The notes: a model not told the origin generated them from the sequence alone. Counted from the stretch's first letter, positions 26,997 through 36,570 are shown. The stretch is DNA of 57,329 bases from Aggregatilineales bacterium (GCA_038260485.1 JBBSNT010000001.1:1-57329); one strand, 5' to 3'. Program-made: numbers and translations.

Positions 26997-28709
26997 TTAA
27001 CTATCTGCTCGCCTTCTCAATCGAGCCGGAATCGCTCTTTCCCAAAAGCCACGTTTCGCGTCGCTAGTGTCGCGGGTGTAGTACGATTTATAGTAGTAGT
27101 CACTGTAGTAGCTGACTTCGTCACGCATGTTGACTTGATTGATGACGATACCCTTCACATCCACACCAACTTGATCAAGTTGATCACGTGCTTTCAAAGC
27201 CGCACTTTGGCGCGTCTTTTCACCGTCTATGACCAAAATGACACCGGCGTTCGTAAGCGCCGCAAGTGTGGCGCTGTCGCTGAACATCAAGATCGGTGGG
27301 GTGTCAAAGATAATCACGTCGACGTTTGAGGACGCCCGGAAAGCCTCGATCCAGCGTTTCATTAATGCTGAACCGAGAATTTCAGCCGGATTTGCGGGAA
27401 TGAAACCGCTTGTGATGACCTTTAGATTCGGGATTTGTGTCGGTTGCAGACATTGATCGAGCTTGCGCGGCATCTGAATGTCGGCGTCCTGCGTTTCGGC
27501 ATTGTCATAGCTTTTTGGATCGACGAGCAGCAAGGTAGTCAGTCCGATGCTGTTTTCCAAGCCGAAGATTTCATGCACGACTGGACGGCGCATGTCGGCA
27601 TCGACCAAGAGGACGCGCATCCCCGAAAATGCCATCGTCGCTGCTAAGTTCGCGCTGGTCACGCTTTTACCTTCGCCCGGTCCGCAGCTTGTAACGACAA
27701 TCACCTTTTCATTGGTATTGTGCGTCGCGTAAACGAGGTTTGTCCTTAAGCGACGGTAGGCTTCCATCATCTCAGACATGGATGGGTAGTTGGTCAGCAA
27801 CCGCTCGCCGTAGTCCGCCTTCTTTTTACCAAAGTGCGGGATCGCGCCGAGTACCGGCAGTGACAGCAGTTGCGCTGCTACTTCGGACGTGCGAATTTTA
27901 TCGTCGAAATAGTCGAGGAGTAAAACCACGCCTATCGCGAGTGCTGCTCCGGCGGCACCACCAATCAGGAGCAGTGAACTGGATCGCCCGTTTTCAGCCG
28001 AATTTGGGAACACCGCGCTGTCAACGATAGTGAGTGCGTTGGTACGCTGCTGAAACCCGCTGATAGATGTTTGGAACTGTGCAATGGCGCTCACAGCTTG
28101 TTTGATTTGACTCAAAATCGTCGATTCTTGATCGCGCAGAGATTGAATTTCTGCGGCATCTGTTGATGCCGCTATCTGTTGATCGAGCTGCAGCCTGAGC
28201 GCACGCTGATCGTTGACTTGCTGGTTCAGAGACTCCATTTGCGACTTGGCAAAATCAACTTGTGTCTGCTGATCTGCCGTCAAATTGGTTGGGCTGTGGA
28301 CGATGAGTTGGTTCGCGACTTCGTTGGCAATATCTGCTGTGAGCACAGGGTCTCGATAAGTGACCCTGATATTCAGCAACGAGGTGCTCGGAACTACAGT
28401 CGTGGTTATGAATGCGCGTAATGCTTCGGGGGGTAAATCGAGATTAAGCGCGTCAACCACGCCTTGAAGTACGTCGCGCGTCTTGACGAGCTGCTGGTAG
28501 GTCGCTACGAGGTTCTGCCCGACGTAAATCTGACTGCTTGTCGGGTTCGGGTCTTGGATATATTGACCAATGGAAATCTGTACCTGTGCGCTGTATAACG
28601 GCACCTGCTGAGTCGTTAAAATGAAACTAACGCCAGCTCCCACAAACGCTGCGGCAAGAATAAGCCACAGTGATTTTCTGAATATGCGGATATAGTACTC
28701 GAATTCCAT
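26997..28709 (-). CDS. wzc: Wzz-domain / BY-kinase polysaccharide co-polymerase (Wzc/CpsCD-like)
   Basis: Two TM helices with a coiled coil; 'EAYRRLRTN', Walker A 'GPGEGKS', 'DADMRRP', 'DTPP', Tyr cluster 'SYYSDYYYKSYY'. Confidence 0.9.
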   Translation of the reverse strand: MEFEYYIRIFRKSLWLILAAAFVGAGVSFILTTQQVPLYSAQVQISIGQYIQDPNPTSSQIYVGQNLVATYQQLVKTRDVLQGVVDALNLDLPPEALRAFITTTVVPSTSLLNIRVTYRDPVLTADIANEVANQLIVHSPTNLTADQQTQVDFAKSQMESLNQQVNDQRALRLQLDQQIAASTDAAEIQSLRDQESTILSQIKQAVSAIAQFQTSISGFQQRTNALTIVDSAVFPNSAENGRSSSLLLIGGAAGAALAIGVVLLLDYFDDKIRTSEVAAQLLSLPVLGAIPHFGKKKADYGERLLTNYPSMSEMMEAYRRLRTNLVYATHNTNEKVIVVTSCGPGEGKSVTSANLAATMAFSGMRVLLVDADMRRPVVHEIFGLENSIGLTTLLLVDPKSYDNAETQDADIQMPRKLDQCLQPTQIPNLKVITSGFIPANPAEILGSALMKRWIEAFRASSNVDVIIFDTPPILMFSDSATLAALTNAGVILVIDGEKTRQSAALKARDQLDQVGVDVKGIVINQVNMRDEVSYYSDYYYKSYYTRDTSDAKRGFWERAIPARLRRRADS

Positions 28710-29367
28710 ACCAACCCATCACTCTCTACCAACAATTCACGGATCGCTTGCAGACCTTATTATTTATCTTTCAAGAGTCATGGAAATATATATCGAATTT
28801 GTGAGGGTGTCTATTCGTAACTTGTTACGAGGATTGCTTGTCAGCTTGATTTACCTTTAGTGTTTCCTAAGGAATTGAGCGAGAGCCGCTGGAAAATGTG
28901 GGTATTTGCAATTGAAGGTATCTAACGCTTCGGAAACTTGAGCAGATTTTCACACCCGGAAACTTCACATCCATAGATGCGTGTCTAGATTTTCTCTGAG
29001 ATTCGCTATTCAAGAACATATGCGTTTTTGAACGCTATTGCCAAGCTTATTTAGTAATTTCAACAACATCAATGAGCAAACAGTGGCGCAAGCGCACAGA
29101 TAGTCGAGTGTACACAATAACCAGTATATCACAAGGTCGAAATCGAAAGCGCACCGAGTTTATCTCTCAATGGACAGGGATGGTAGGCGTCGTTGGGCAT
29201 ACCGTATTCAGTCGAATTGCACAATGATGGCGAACTCCGAGAACACAATGCTCATGATAATTATCAGGTATCTTATAGACTATTCTCTGGATAATGCTTT
29301 GGCACAAACACTATTTTGAGACGTTAGTACGAGATATTTTCGCGGGCAGCGTGGGACTCGAAATGCG

Positions 29368-29396
29368 TTGACGCCCGCGAACAAATGCTCTACCAT
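29368..29396 (+). promoter_or_regulatory. Sigma70-like promoter with LexA-like box in the spacer
   Basis: TTGACG (29368-73), 17-nt spacer, TACCAT (29391-96). Spacer contains GAAC-AAAT-GCTC (29379-90), one mismatch from GAAC-N4-GTTC. Confidence 0.55.
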
Positions 29397-29437
29397 TACA
29401 ATTAGACTTACTTATACGAATGAGGATAGGATTTATC

Positions 29438-30016
29438 ATGGCGTCTGAACTGAGTCAGGAAATGATCAACGAACTTGTCGTCGCGGCGCACCACGACTTG
29501 GCGCGCGTCAAGGAACTGCTGGCTGAGCAGCCGAATATGCTTAACGAGAACGCCGATTGGGTCGAGACGCCGATTCAGGCGGCGGCACATGTCGGTAATC
29601 GTTCGATTGCCGAATACCTGCTGGAACAGGGTGCGCCGCTCGACATTTGCACCGCCGCGATGCTTGGGCGCAGCGATGAGGTGCGCGCGATCCTGTCCGA
29701 CGATCCTGGCGAGTCGCAGGCGACCGGCGCGCACAATATCCCCGTGTTGTTCTATCCGGCGATCAGCGGGAATGTCGAGATCGCGCAAATTCTGCTCGAC
29801 GCAGGATCGCCTACTGCGGTTGATGAGGGTGTGAATAGTCCGCTGCATGGCGCGGCGCTGTTCGGGCAAGCAGTGATGGCACAGTGGCTGCTTGACCACG
29901 ACGCTAACCCCTACGCGGTCGATTACGAAGGCAAAACGCCGCTCGACCGCGCGCAGGAAAATGACCATGCCGACGTGGTTGCTGTGCTCGAACCCTACTA
30001 CGAATCGGCAGACTAG
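29438..30016 (+). CDS. Ankyrin repeat protein
   Basis: Repeats 'ETPIQAAAHVGN', 'SPLHGAALFGQ...LLDHDANP', 'GKTPLDRA'. ATG 29438 follows AGGA. Confidence 0.88.
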   Translation: MASELSQEMINELVVAAHHDLARVKELLAEQPNMLNENADWVETPIQAAAHVGNRSIAEYLLEQGAPLDICTAAMLGRSDEVRAILSDDPGESQATGAHNIPVLFYPAISGNVEIAQILLDAGSPTAVDEGVNSPLHGAALFGQAVMAQWLLDHDANPYAVDYEGKTPLDRAQENDHADVVAVLEPYYESAD

Positions 30017-30583
30017 ATGAGCCGTGCCGAAGATGCATTGATGCGCCTGTACGAGAGTGCGAGCGTTCGTGACGAACTGACGGATGAGGAAGCCGAAGCT
30101 CTGCTCAAGTGGGCGGAAACGGAAGTCACGCGCCTCGATCAGTCCGGTGTTGACGACGAAACCTTCGATGACGGCGTTCGCACGCTGATGAAGTTGGCGA
30201 AGGAAATGAACCGCTTCGCCGGAGGACAGGAGCAGGGCTTTAGCGCGCAGGACGTTGATGAAACGCCGCAAACCATCGCGGGGTTGGCGAACGAGCTAGA
30301 TCATCCGACTGATGCGGGGCAGATCACTGCTGCTGGAACAGGTGATCCAATGAGCACCGTAGAGGCGCTCACCGCCTTGCTGAGCGATCAAGACTCAAGC
30401 GCGGAAGCTGCCGCTGCCGATTCGGAGTCCTCTGCTGAAGTCAGCGAACTCACGCAGACGGAGCAAGCTGAACCTATCCCACACGATCTGCTACCGATTG
30501 ATCAACCCACAGACTCTTTTGAACCTACGGACGATATGCCGCTAAGCCCCTCTGGAGACGACGTTGAAGCGAACAACAACTAA
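30017..30583 (+). CDS. Hypothetical highly acidic protein
   Basis: Starts immediately after the ankyrin stop. Helical N-terminal part 'RLYESASVRDELTDEEAEALLKWAE' and a D/E/S/P-rich disordered tail. Confidence 0.7.
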   Translation: MSRAEDALMRLYESASVRDELTDEEAEALLKWAETEVTRLDQSGVDDETFDDGVRTLMKLAKEMNRFAGGQEQGFSAQDVDETPQTIAGLANELDHPTDAGQITAAGTGDPMSTVEALTALLSDQDSSAEAAAADSESSAEVSELTQTEQAEPIPHDLLPIDQPTDSFEPTDDMPLSPSGDDVEANNN

Positions 30584-31838
30584 GCGTGACCTTTCCTCTA
30601 TACAGGTGTCTGAAGCGCGGCAGGCAAAGACCGCTGCTGCCCGCCTTCGTATCATTGCGATCATCATCGGACTCGCGCTGCTGGTCGCGGGGTGTTTGCC
30701 GGAGACGGCAACGCCGATTCCGCCGACAACTTCTGCTGCAACGATAAGCCCCACGACGGCGACGCGCCGTCCGCCAACGGCAACGTCTCGCCCACAGACC
30801 GCGACGATGACAGCGAGCGGCGTAACATCTTTCCGGCTGCCGCAGGGTTTTGGCGCGAGCAAAGGCTTTTGGGAGGTCTATTTCACTGCACCGACGGGCA
30901 GTCGTGACGCTTCCACTTATACAGGTGGCATCGATCAAGTGCTTGCCACCGACATTGCAGGCGTGACGCAGACGCTCGACATCGCTGCTTACGAATTCAA
31001 CGATGTGGCGCTGACGACGGCGGTTTTAGCGGCGAAGGGACGCGGAGTGCGTGTGCGCGTCGTCACTGACGACGATGCGGGTATCAATGACACGGATACA
31101 ACGCTGCATCAACTGGAGCAAGCGGGCATCCCGATTGTCAACGATGACCGGTCGGCGTTGATGCACGACAAGTTCATGATCCTCGACAGCACCACCGTCT
31201 GGACGGGATCATGGAATTACACGGTCAACGGGACGTTCCGCAACAACAACAATGCGCTCGTGCTGCGTTCGCAGACAGCTGTGCAGGACTATCAAGCCGA
31301 GTTCAACGAGATGTTCGTTGATGGCAGGTTCGGTCCAACGTCGTCTATCAATACGCCGCGCGCGGAATTCTCGCAGGATGGGGACGCGATTGGGATCTAC
31401 TTTGCTTCGGAAGAAGACGTCAAGTCCAAAGTCGCGGCGGCGCTGCAGGGCGCGCAGCACTCGATCCGCTTTATGACCTTTTCCTTTACCCTTGACGACA
31501 TCGGGCAGGTTTTGCTGGCAAAGGCGGGCACAGGGGTAAGCGTGTCCGGTATTTTCGAGACCACAGGGAGTAAGACCCAGTTCAGCGAAATGACGCCGCT
31601 GTTCTGTGCGGGGCTGCCCGTCCGTCAGGATGGCAATCCATTCGTGCTGCATCACAAGGTCTTTATCGTTGATGACACCGTGATTACCGGATCGTTCAAC
31701 TACTCTGCCAGCGCGAACAACTCGAACGACGAGAATCTGATCATGATCACGGATGCGGACCTCGCGGCGCAGTATCTCGCGGAATTTGATCGCCGTTGGG
31801 CGGAAGCCACCGTACCGACAGGCTTATCGTGCAAATAG
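30564..31838 (+). CDS. Phospholipase D superfamily lipoprotein (two HKD motifs)
   Basis: Lipobox 'LLVAG-C', P/T linker, 'MHDKFMILD...TGSWN' and 'LHHKVFIVD...TGSFN'. Confidence 0.88.
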   Translation: MKRTTTKRDLSSIQVSEARQAKTAAARLRIIAIIIGLALLVAGCLPETATPIPPTTSAATISPTTATRRPPTATSRPQTATMTASGVTSFRLPQGFGASKGFWEVYFTAPTGSRDASTYTGGIDQVLATDIAGVTQTLDIAAYEFNDVALTTAVLAAKGRGVRVRVVTDDDAGINDTDTTLHQLEQAGIPIVNDDRSALMHDKFMILDSTTVWTGSWNYTVNGTFRNNNNALVLRSQTAVQDYQAEFNEMFVDGRFGPTSSINTPRAEFSQDGDAIGIYFASEEDVKSKVAAALQGAQHSIRFMTFSFTLDDIGQVLLAKAGTGVSVSGIFETTGSKTQFSEMTPLFCAGLPVRQDGNPFVLHHKVFIVDDTVITGSFNYSASANNSNDENLIMITDADLAAQYLAEFDRRWAEATVPTGLSCK

Positions 31839-31879
31839 GACATCTGTGCTAGAATAGTGCTGATTCGCGGGTGCTGAAA

Positions 31880-32006
31880 AGCCGAGGATTTAAACCCTCG
31901 GCTAGACAACCCGTCGACCACTAAAGGGGCGACTCAAACAATCGCTATTGTTGCGACCCCTTTAGTGGGTCGCGTAGTTTGGTAGCGAGGGGTTTAAACC
32001 CCTTGC
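31880..32006. repeat. REPIN-like four-hairpin element, copy 1
   Basis: Outer hairpins centred on TTTAAA flanked by CTAG/GTAG; inner hairpins include GCGACCC..GGGTCGC. Homologous in inverted orientation to 37419-37545. Confidence 0.8.
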
Positions 32007-32079
32007 GGTGCTGACTGAAATTTCTAGCCTTGCACCTACTCATACAGCACTCAGTACTTGTTTTGAGGGAGATTAACTA

Positions 32080-34776
32080 ATGCCGTTTATCGAAGCGCCT
32101 ACGACATTCTATCTCGGTCGCCGCTACGACCCGGAAAGCAAGAAGCTGACCAGCGACGTGGTCTACTACGACTCGCGCGACTTGACCACGCACGCGGTCG
32201 TCGTCGGCATGACGGGCAGCGGCAAGACCGGCTTGTGCATCAACCTGTTGGAAGAAGCGATCCTCGACAATATTCCTGCCATCGTGATTGATCCGAAGGG
32301 CGACATTACCAACCTGCTGCTCGACTTTCCTGACCTGCGACCCGAAGATTTTCAGCCTTGGGTCAACGTCGATGATGCCCGTCGCGCTGGCATGGACGTG
32401 CCGCAGTACGCCGCCGACATTGCGCATCAGTGGGAGCAGGGCTTAGCGAGTTGGGGGATCGTGCCGGACAGGATGCGTTGGCTCAAGTTCGCGGCGAAGT
32501 ACAGCATCTTCACACCGGGATCAGATGCGGGCTTGCCTGTGAGCATCCTCGCCTCGCTGCGCGCTCCGCGCGACGGTTGGGAGAACAACCTCGAAGCCAA
32601 CCGCGAGAAAATCAATGGCATCGTCACGGCGCTGCTGGCGCTGGTTGGGCGCGACGTGCAGCCCGTGCAGGATAAGGAACACGTCCTCGTCGCCAACATC
32701 TTTGAAGCGGCGTGGTCACGCGGGCAGGATTTGACGCTCGAAGACATCATCTTGCAGGTGCAGAAACCGCCGTTCGAGAAGCTCGGTGTCTTCCCGATTG
32801 ACGACTACATCAGCGAGCGCGACCGTCAAAAACTGGCGCTCGACTTGAACAACATTGTCGCGTCGCCGTCGTTTCAGTCGTGGCTGTCCGGCGCGCCGCT
32901 CGACATTCAGAGCTTGCTCTATCAGCCGGACGGGCGCCCGCGTGTGTCAATCTTCTACATCGCTCACCTGAACGAGACCGAGCGCCAGTTCATCATCACG
33001 CTGATCCTCGAAAACATGCTCGGCTGGATGCGGACGCTGAGCGGCACGACCAGCCTGCGGGCGCTGCTCTACATCGACGAGATGTTCGGCTACTTTCCGC
33101 CGTATCCGCGCAACCCGCCGACCAAAGAACCGCTGCTGCGGATGCTTAAACAGGCGCGCGCTTTCGGCTTGGGCATGATCTTGGCGACGCAGAACCCCGG
33201 CGATATCGACTACAAGGGTTTGAGTAATGCCGGAACGTGGTTTATCGGCAGGCTGCAATCGCAGAACGACAAAGATCGCGTCATGTCCGGCTTGCAGTCG
33301 ATGGCATCGATTGACAACGAGATGAACCTCAAGGAAGTCGAGCAGATGGTGTCGGACGTGCCGCCGCGCGTCTTCCTGATGCACAACGTCCATGATCGCG
33401 GTGGGCCGGTGATGGTTCACACGCGCTGGGCGATGAGCTATCTACGCGGCCCGCTGACGCGCCAGCAGGTGCAAACCCTGATGGCGGATCAACGGGCGCA
33501 GTTCTACGCGCAGCCGCCGCAGCGCCAGCAAAACGCCGCGCCCGCGATGACCAGTTCTCAGCCGATCAGCGCGGGTCCCGGCTATGCTGCCCAGATCGCG
33601 GCGGCACAGGGCGCGGGACAGTATGCGCCGCCGCCTCCGTCCAATTTTCCTGATTCGCCCGGTTCGCTGCCAGAGTTCCCGGCGGTGTCGGCACAGGCGA
33701 TTGCGCCAGTCGGGAATACGATGGCGTCACAGCCGACCGGATCAAGCGGGTTGCAAGTGCCGCAGGGATTCAACCGTAACCAACCGCCGATCCCGTCGGC
33801 GATTGCACAGTATTTCCTGCCTAACGAGGTGTCGAGTCAGCAGGCGATCAGCGCGTGGGAGCGCAAGACGAACTTTGCGGCAGCGTCACTCGGCAGCGTC
33901 ATGCTGACCTACCGCCCGGTGCTGCTGGCGCAGGCGTCGGTACGCTATCAAGATCGCAAGACGCAGTTGTACACGGTGCGCCAGTACGCCTTTCTCGTGC
34001 CGAGCGTGGATCGCGCGGGAATGGTGCGTTGGGAAGAGTTCGAAACGCAGCCAATTGATTCGCGCCGCGTTTCCAGTGCGCCGTTTGCTGATGCACTCTA
34101 TGCCGATCCAACCCCCGGTATGACCGACAGCAAGCGCGTGACCGGGCTTAAGCGCGAAGTCACCGACTTGATCTACACGACGAAGCAGCTTCGCGTGCCT
34201 TACAATCCTACGCTGGACACCTACGGCGATCCTGATGGTGATTTTGCCGTGTTTCGGTCACAGCTTCAGCAGAGCGCGCGCGAAAAGCGCGACGCCGAGA
34301 TGGATGGCTTGACGGCAAAGTACGAGAAGTCGCTCGACCGGCTTGACGACCAGCAGCAGCGTAAAATCCAGCGGCTCGAAAATGAGAAGAGAGAACTGAC
34401 TGACCTCAAGCGCGAGCAGTTGTTCACGACGGGCGAGGCAGTGCTCGGCTTGCTCAAGGGGCGGACGGCGTTCACGCTTTCGCGCATGAGCCGTTCGGCG
34501 GTCTACAAGCAGCGCTCGAAGGGGCAGCTTGAGATGGCGGAACTCGACGTGCAGCAGATCGAGGAAAACAAAGCCGATATTGTGCAGGAATACCAGTCGA
34601 AGGTGCGCGAGATCAACGAGCGTTGGGCACGGGTGGCGACGAACATCGAGGAATACCAGATCACGCCGTACAAGAAGGACATCAATATCGATCTGTTCGG
34701 GATCGCGTGGGTGCCGTACTGGTATGCGTGGGTCAACAATCAGCCGCTTCTGCTCCCTGCGATGGGGCAAGCCTGA
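32080..34776 (+). CDS. Large HerA/FtsK-superfamily ATPase (DUF87-like) with C-terminal coiled coil
   Basis: Walker A 'GMTGSGKT', 'IDPKGD', Walker B 'YIDE', arginine-finger region 'KQARAFG', 'ATQNP'. Confidence 0.85.
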   Translation: MPFIEAPTTFYLGRRYDPESKKLTSDVVYYDSRDLTTHAVVVGMTGSGKTGLCINLLEEAILDNIPAIVIDPKGDITNLLLDFPDLRPEDFQPWVNVDDARRAGMDVPQYAADIAHQWEQGLASWGIVPDRMRWLKFAAKYSIFTPGSDAGLPVSILASLRAPRDGWENNLEANREKINGIVTALLALVGRDVQPVQDKEHVLVANIFEAAWSRGQDLTLEDIILQVQKPPFEKLGVFPIDDYISERDRQKLALDLNNIVASPSFQSWLSGAPLDIQSLLYQPDGRPRVSIFYIAHLNETERQFIITLILENMLGWMRTLSGTTSLRALLYIDEMFGYFPPYPRNPPTKEPLLRMLKQARAFGLGMILATQNPGDIDYKGLSNAGTWFIGRLQSQNDKDRVMSGLQSMASIDNEMNLKEVEQMVSDVPPRVFLMHNVHDRGGPVMVHTRWAMSYLRGPLTRQQVQTLMADQRAQFYAQPPQRQQNAAPAMTSSQPISAGPGYAAQIAAAQGAGQYAPPPPSNFPDSPGSLPEFPAVSAQAIAPVGNTMASQPTGSSGLQVPQGFNRNQPPIPSAIAQYFLPNEVSSQQAISAWERKTNFAAASLGSVMLTYRPVLLAQASVRYQDRKTQLYTVRQYAFLVPSVDRAGMVRWEEFETQPIDSRRVSSAPFADALYADPTPGMTDSKRVTGLKREVTDLIYTTKQLRVPYNPTLDTYGDPDGDFAVFRSQLQQSAREKRDAEMDGLTAKYEKSLDRLDDQQQRKIQRLENEKRELTDLKREQLFTTGEAVLGLLKGRTAFTLSRMSRSAVYKQRSKGQLEMAELDVQQIEENKADIVQEYQSKVREINERWARVATNIEEYQITPYKKDINIDLFGIAWVPYWYAWVNNQPLLLPAMGQA

Positions 34777-34781
34777 ACGAA

Positions 34782-35675
34782 ATGAGGGTATCTGCTGATG
34801 AAGTGCAGCCGATTCCGCTCGGTGTGCTCGATTTTTGCCGCGCCGCAAAACTCGGCGACATCACGACGATAGAGACGCTGCAAGGTGGTGTCATCAGCCT
34901 GACGCGCCGCTTGATCACGAGTAAGCACGCGAGCATGATCGTCAAACAGAGCGCTCAAGCGCCCGTCCAAATACCTGCTGATCTGTACGCTTGTGAAGCC
35001 CACAGCTTGAGCGTGCTCAAGGCGGCGGGGCTGCGAACGCCAGAAGTGCTGGCGATGGACGCCGATTTTCTGCTGCTAGAGGATTTGGGCAGCGTCCAGC
35101 TGGATGCGATTTCGTGGGAAAAGGCGGGGCGCGCGATTGCGCATCTACACCAGCATACCCACGCTCAGTTCGGCTTTGCTCAGGACAACTATTTAGGGAT
35201 GCTGCCCCAGTACAACGCTTGGGCGGGCGATGGACACGCCTTTTTCGCGCAGAAACGTCTGCTGCGCTATCTCGCCGTGCCACTGTGCGAGCAGACTCTG
35301 ACGCCACAAGATCGGCAGGATTTAGAGCGTTTGGCGGCGCGGTTGCCACAGTTGATCCCGATGCAGCCCGCGTCGCTGCTGCACGGTGATCTGTGGGTCG
35401 CCAACGTCACGGCGTCGCGCGATGGCAGCCCCGCTTTCCTCGACCCTGCCGTCTATTATGGTTGGGCGGAAGCCGAACTGAGTATGATGCGCCAGTATAA
35501 AGGCGTTCCGAAAGTTTTCTTCGACGCCTACGTTGAGGTCAATCCGCTGAACGAGGGATGGTGGGAGCGGCTGGAACTGCTCTATCTGCGCGAGATATTG
35601 AGCGTGATTGCCCACTTCGGCAATCGACATGACGCGCTTGGTCAGCTACGCGCGATCATCGCTAAATTCAGCTAA
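34782..35675 (+). CDS. Fructosamine kinase family protein
   Basis: 'FGFAQDNYLG', 'SLLHGDLW', 'DPAVYYGWAEAEL'. ATG 34782 lies just after the ATPase stop. Confidence 0.88.
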   Translation: MRVSADEVQPIPLGVLDFCRAAKLGDITTIETLQGGVISLTRRLITSKHASMIVKQSAQAPVQIPADLYACEAHSLSVLKAAGLRTPEVLAMDADFLLLEDLGSVQLDAISWEKAGRAIAHLHQHTHAQFGFAQDNYLGMLPQYNAWAGDGHAFFAQKRLLRYLAVPLCEQTLTPQDRQDLERLAARLPQLIPMQPASLLHGDLWVANVTASRDGSPAFLDPAVYYGWAEAELSMMRQYKGVPKVFFDAYVEVNPLNEGWWERLELLYLREILSVIAHFGNRHDALGQLRAIIAKFS

Positions 35676-35689
35676 ACGGACGTGAATTG

Positions 35690-35974
35690 TTAGCGCATAC
35701 TGAAATCCGTGAACGTGTCAGCGGCGGCGTGCCATTCAGCATTGACCCGTTGAACGCGCGCCGCCCAAGGTCCCTCGTGCAAGAAGGATATGAACTGCTC
35801 CAGCGTCGGGCGATCCCCGACGGCGACTGTCTCGACCGTGCGATCCGGTAAATTACGCACCCAACCGGTTAAGCCGAGCGCTTGCGCACGCCGGATGGTC
35901 GCGTCGCGGAAGCCGACGCCCTGCACGCGCCCGTGAACGACCGCGTGTAACTGTTGAAGATCGGTTTCGCTCAT
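35690..35974 (-). CDS. acyP: Acylphosphatase
   Basis: 'VHGRVQGVGFR', 'GWVRNLPD.TVE', 'GPWAARV'. ATGA overlap with the upstream gene. Confidence 0.93.
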   Translation of the reverse strand: MSETDLQQLHAVVHGRVQGVGFRDATIRRAQALGLTGWVRNLPDRTVETVAVGDRPTLEQFISFLHEGPWAARVQRVNAEWHAAADTFTDFSMR

Positions 35975-36570
35975 CCGTTTTTTGATCCTGTTCGGGGCGT
36001 GAGGTGCTTGAGCCTGCGCCCTGCTGCCGAGTCCTCGATGAGCGTTGCCAGCCGCTTCTGGCGCGTCGCTTCCTGCTTGGCGCTGATCACCCACCAGATC
36101 GCTGTTTTGCGATAGGCAGGCGGCGCGGTGTTCTCGAAGAAATCCCATGCGGCGGGGTTGGCGCGCAACTGGGCTTCGTAGGCGTCGCCTAAGACAAGTT
36201 GATCCTGATCCTGCTCGAATGAATACTGATTCTGCTTGCTCAGGTCACGCTCGTTGAAGGTTTTCAAGCCGGATTCGTGCATCAAACCGTCCTGCGTCAG
36301 GCGTTCAATGTGCTTGAGATTGATCTGGCTCCAAATGCTGTGCGGTTTGCGCGGTGTGAAGCGCATCGAGTAGCTTTCGCTGTCGATTGAGCGCCGAATA
36401 CCGTCGATCCAGCCGAAACAGAGTGCTTGATCGACCGACTCCTGATAGGTCATGGTCGGCTTTCCGACCGCCTTTTTGTAGAAGCCAACCAACACTTCCG
36501 TCTGCGTGTCGTAGTTCGCTTCTAGCCACGCGCGGAATTCCGCTGGCGTTGCAAAGAACAGCGCATCCAT
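35971..36570 (-). CDS. YdeI/OmpD-associated family protein
   Basis: 'EFRAWLE', 'ALCFGWIDG', 'FTPRKP.S.WS..N', 'SAKQEATRQKR'. GGAGG RBS before ATG 36570. Confidence 0.9.
   Translation of the reverse strand: MDALFFATPAEFRAWLEANYDTQTEVLVGFYKKAVGKPTMTYQESVDQALCFGWIDGIRRSIDSESYSMRFTPRKPHSIWSQINLKHIERLTQDGLMHESGLKTFNERDLSKQNQYSFEQDQDQLVLGDAYEAQLRANPAAWDFFENTAPPAYRKTAIWWVISAKQEATRQKRLATLIEDSAAGRRLKHLTPRTGSKNG

Noticed and set aside
29255-29266. Fur box
   Set aside because: TGATAATTATCA lacks the 7-1-7 spacing (TGATAATnATTATCA) and lies in AT-rich DNA.
31856-32058. GGTGCTGA direct repeat flanking REPIN copy 1 as a target-site duplication
   Set aside because: The same GTGCTGA/CAGCAC short motif recurs nearby and is not seen around copy 2, so it is more likely a local short repeat.
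30564-34776. Assignment to a known HerA- or PLD-based anti-phage system
   Set aside because: The PLD carries a lipoprotein signal, and no Sir2/NurA/helicase partner or defence-island context is visible. Kept only as a low-certainty finding.
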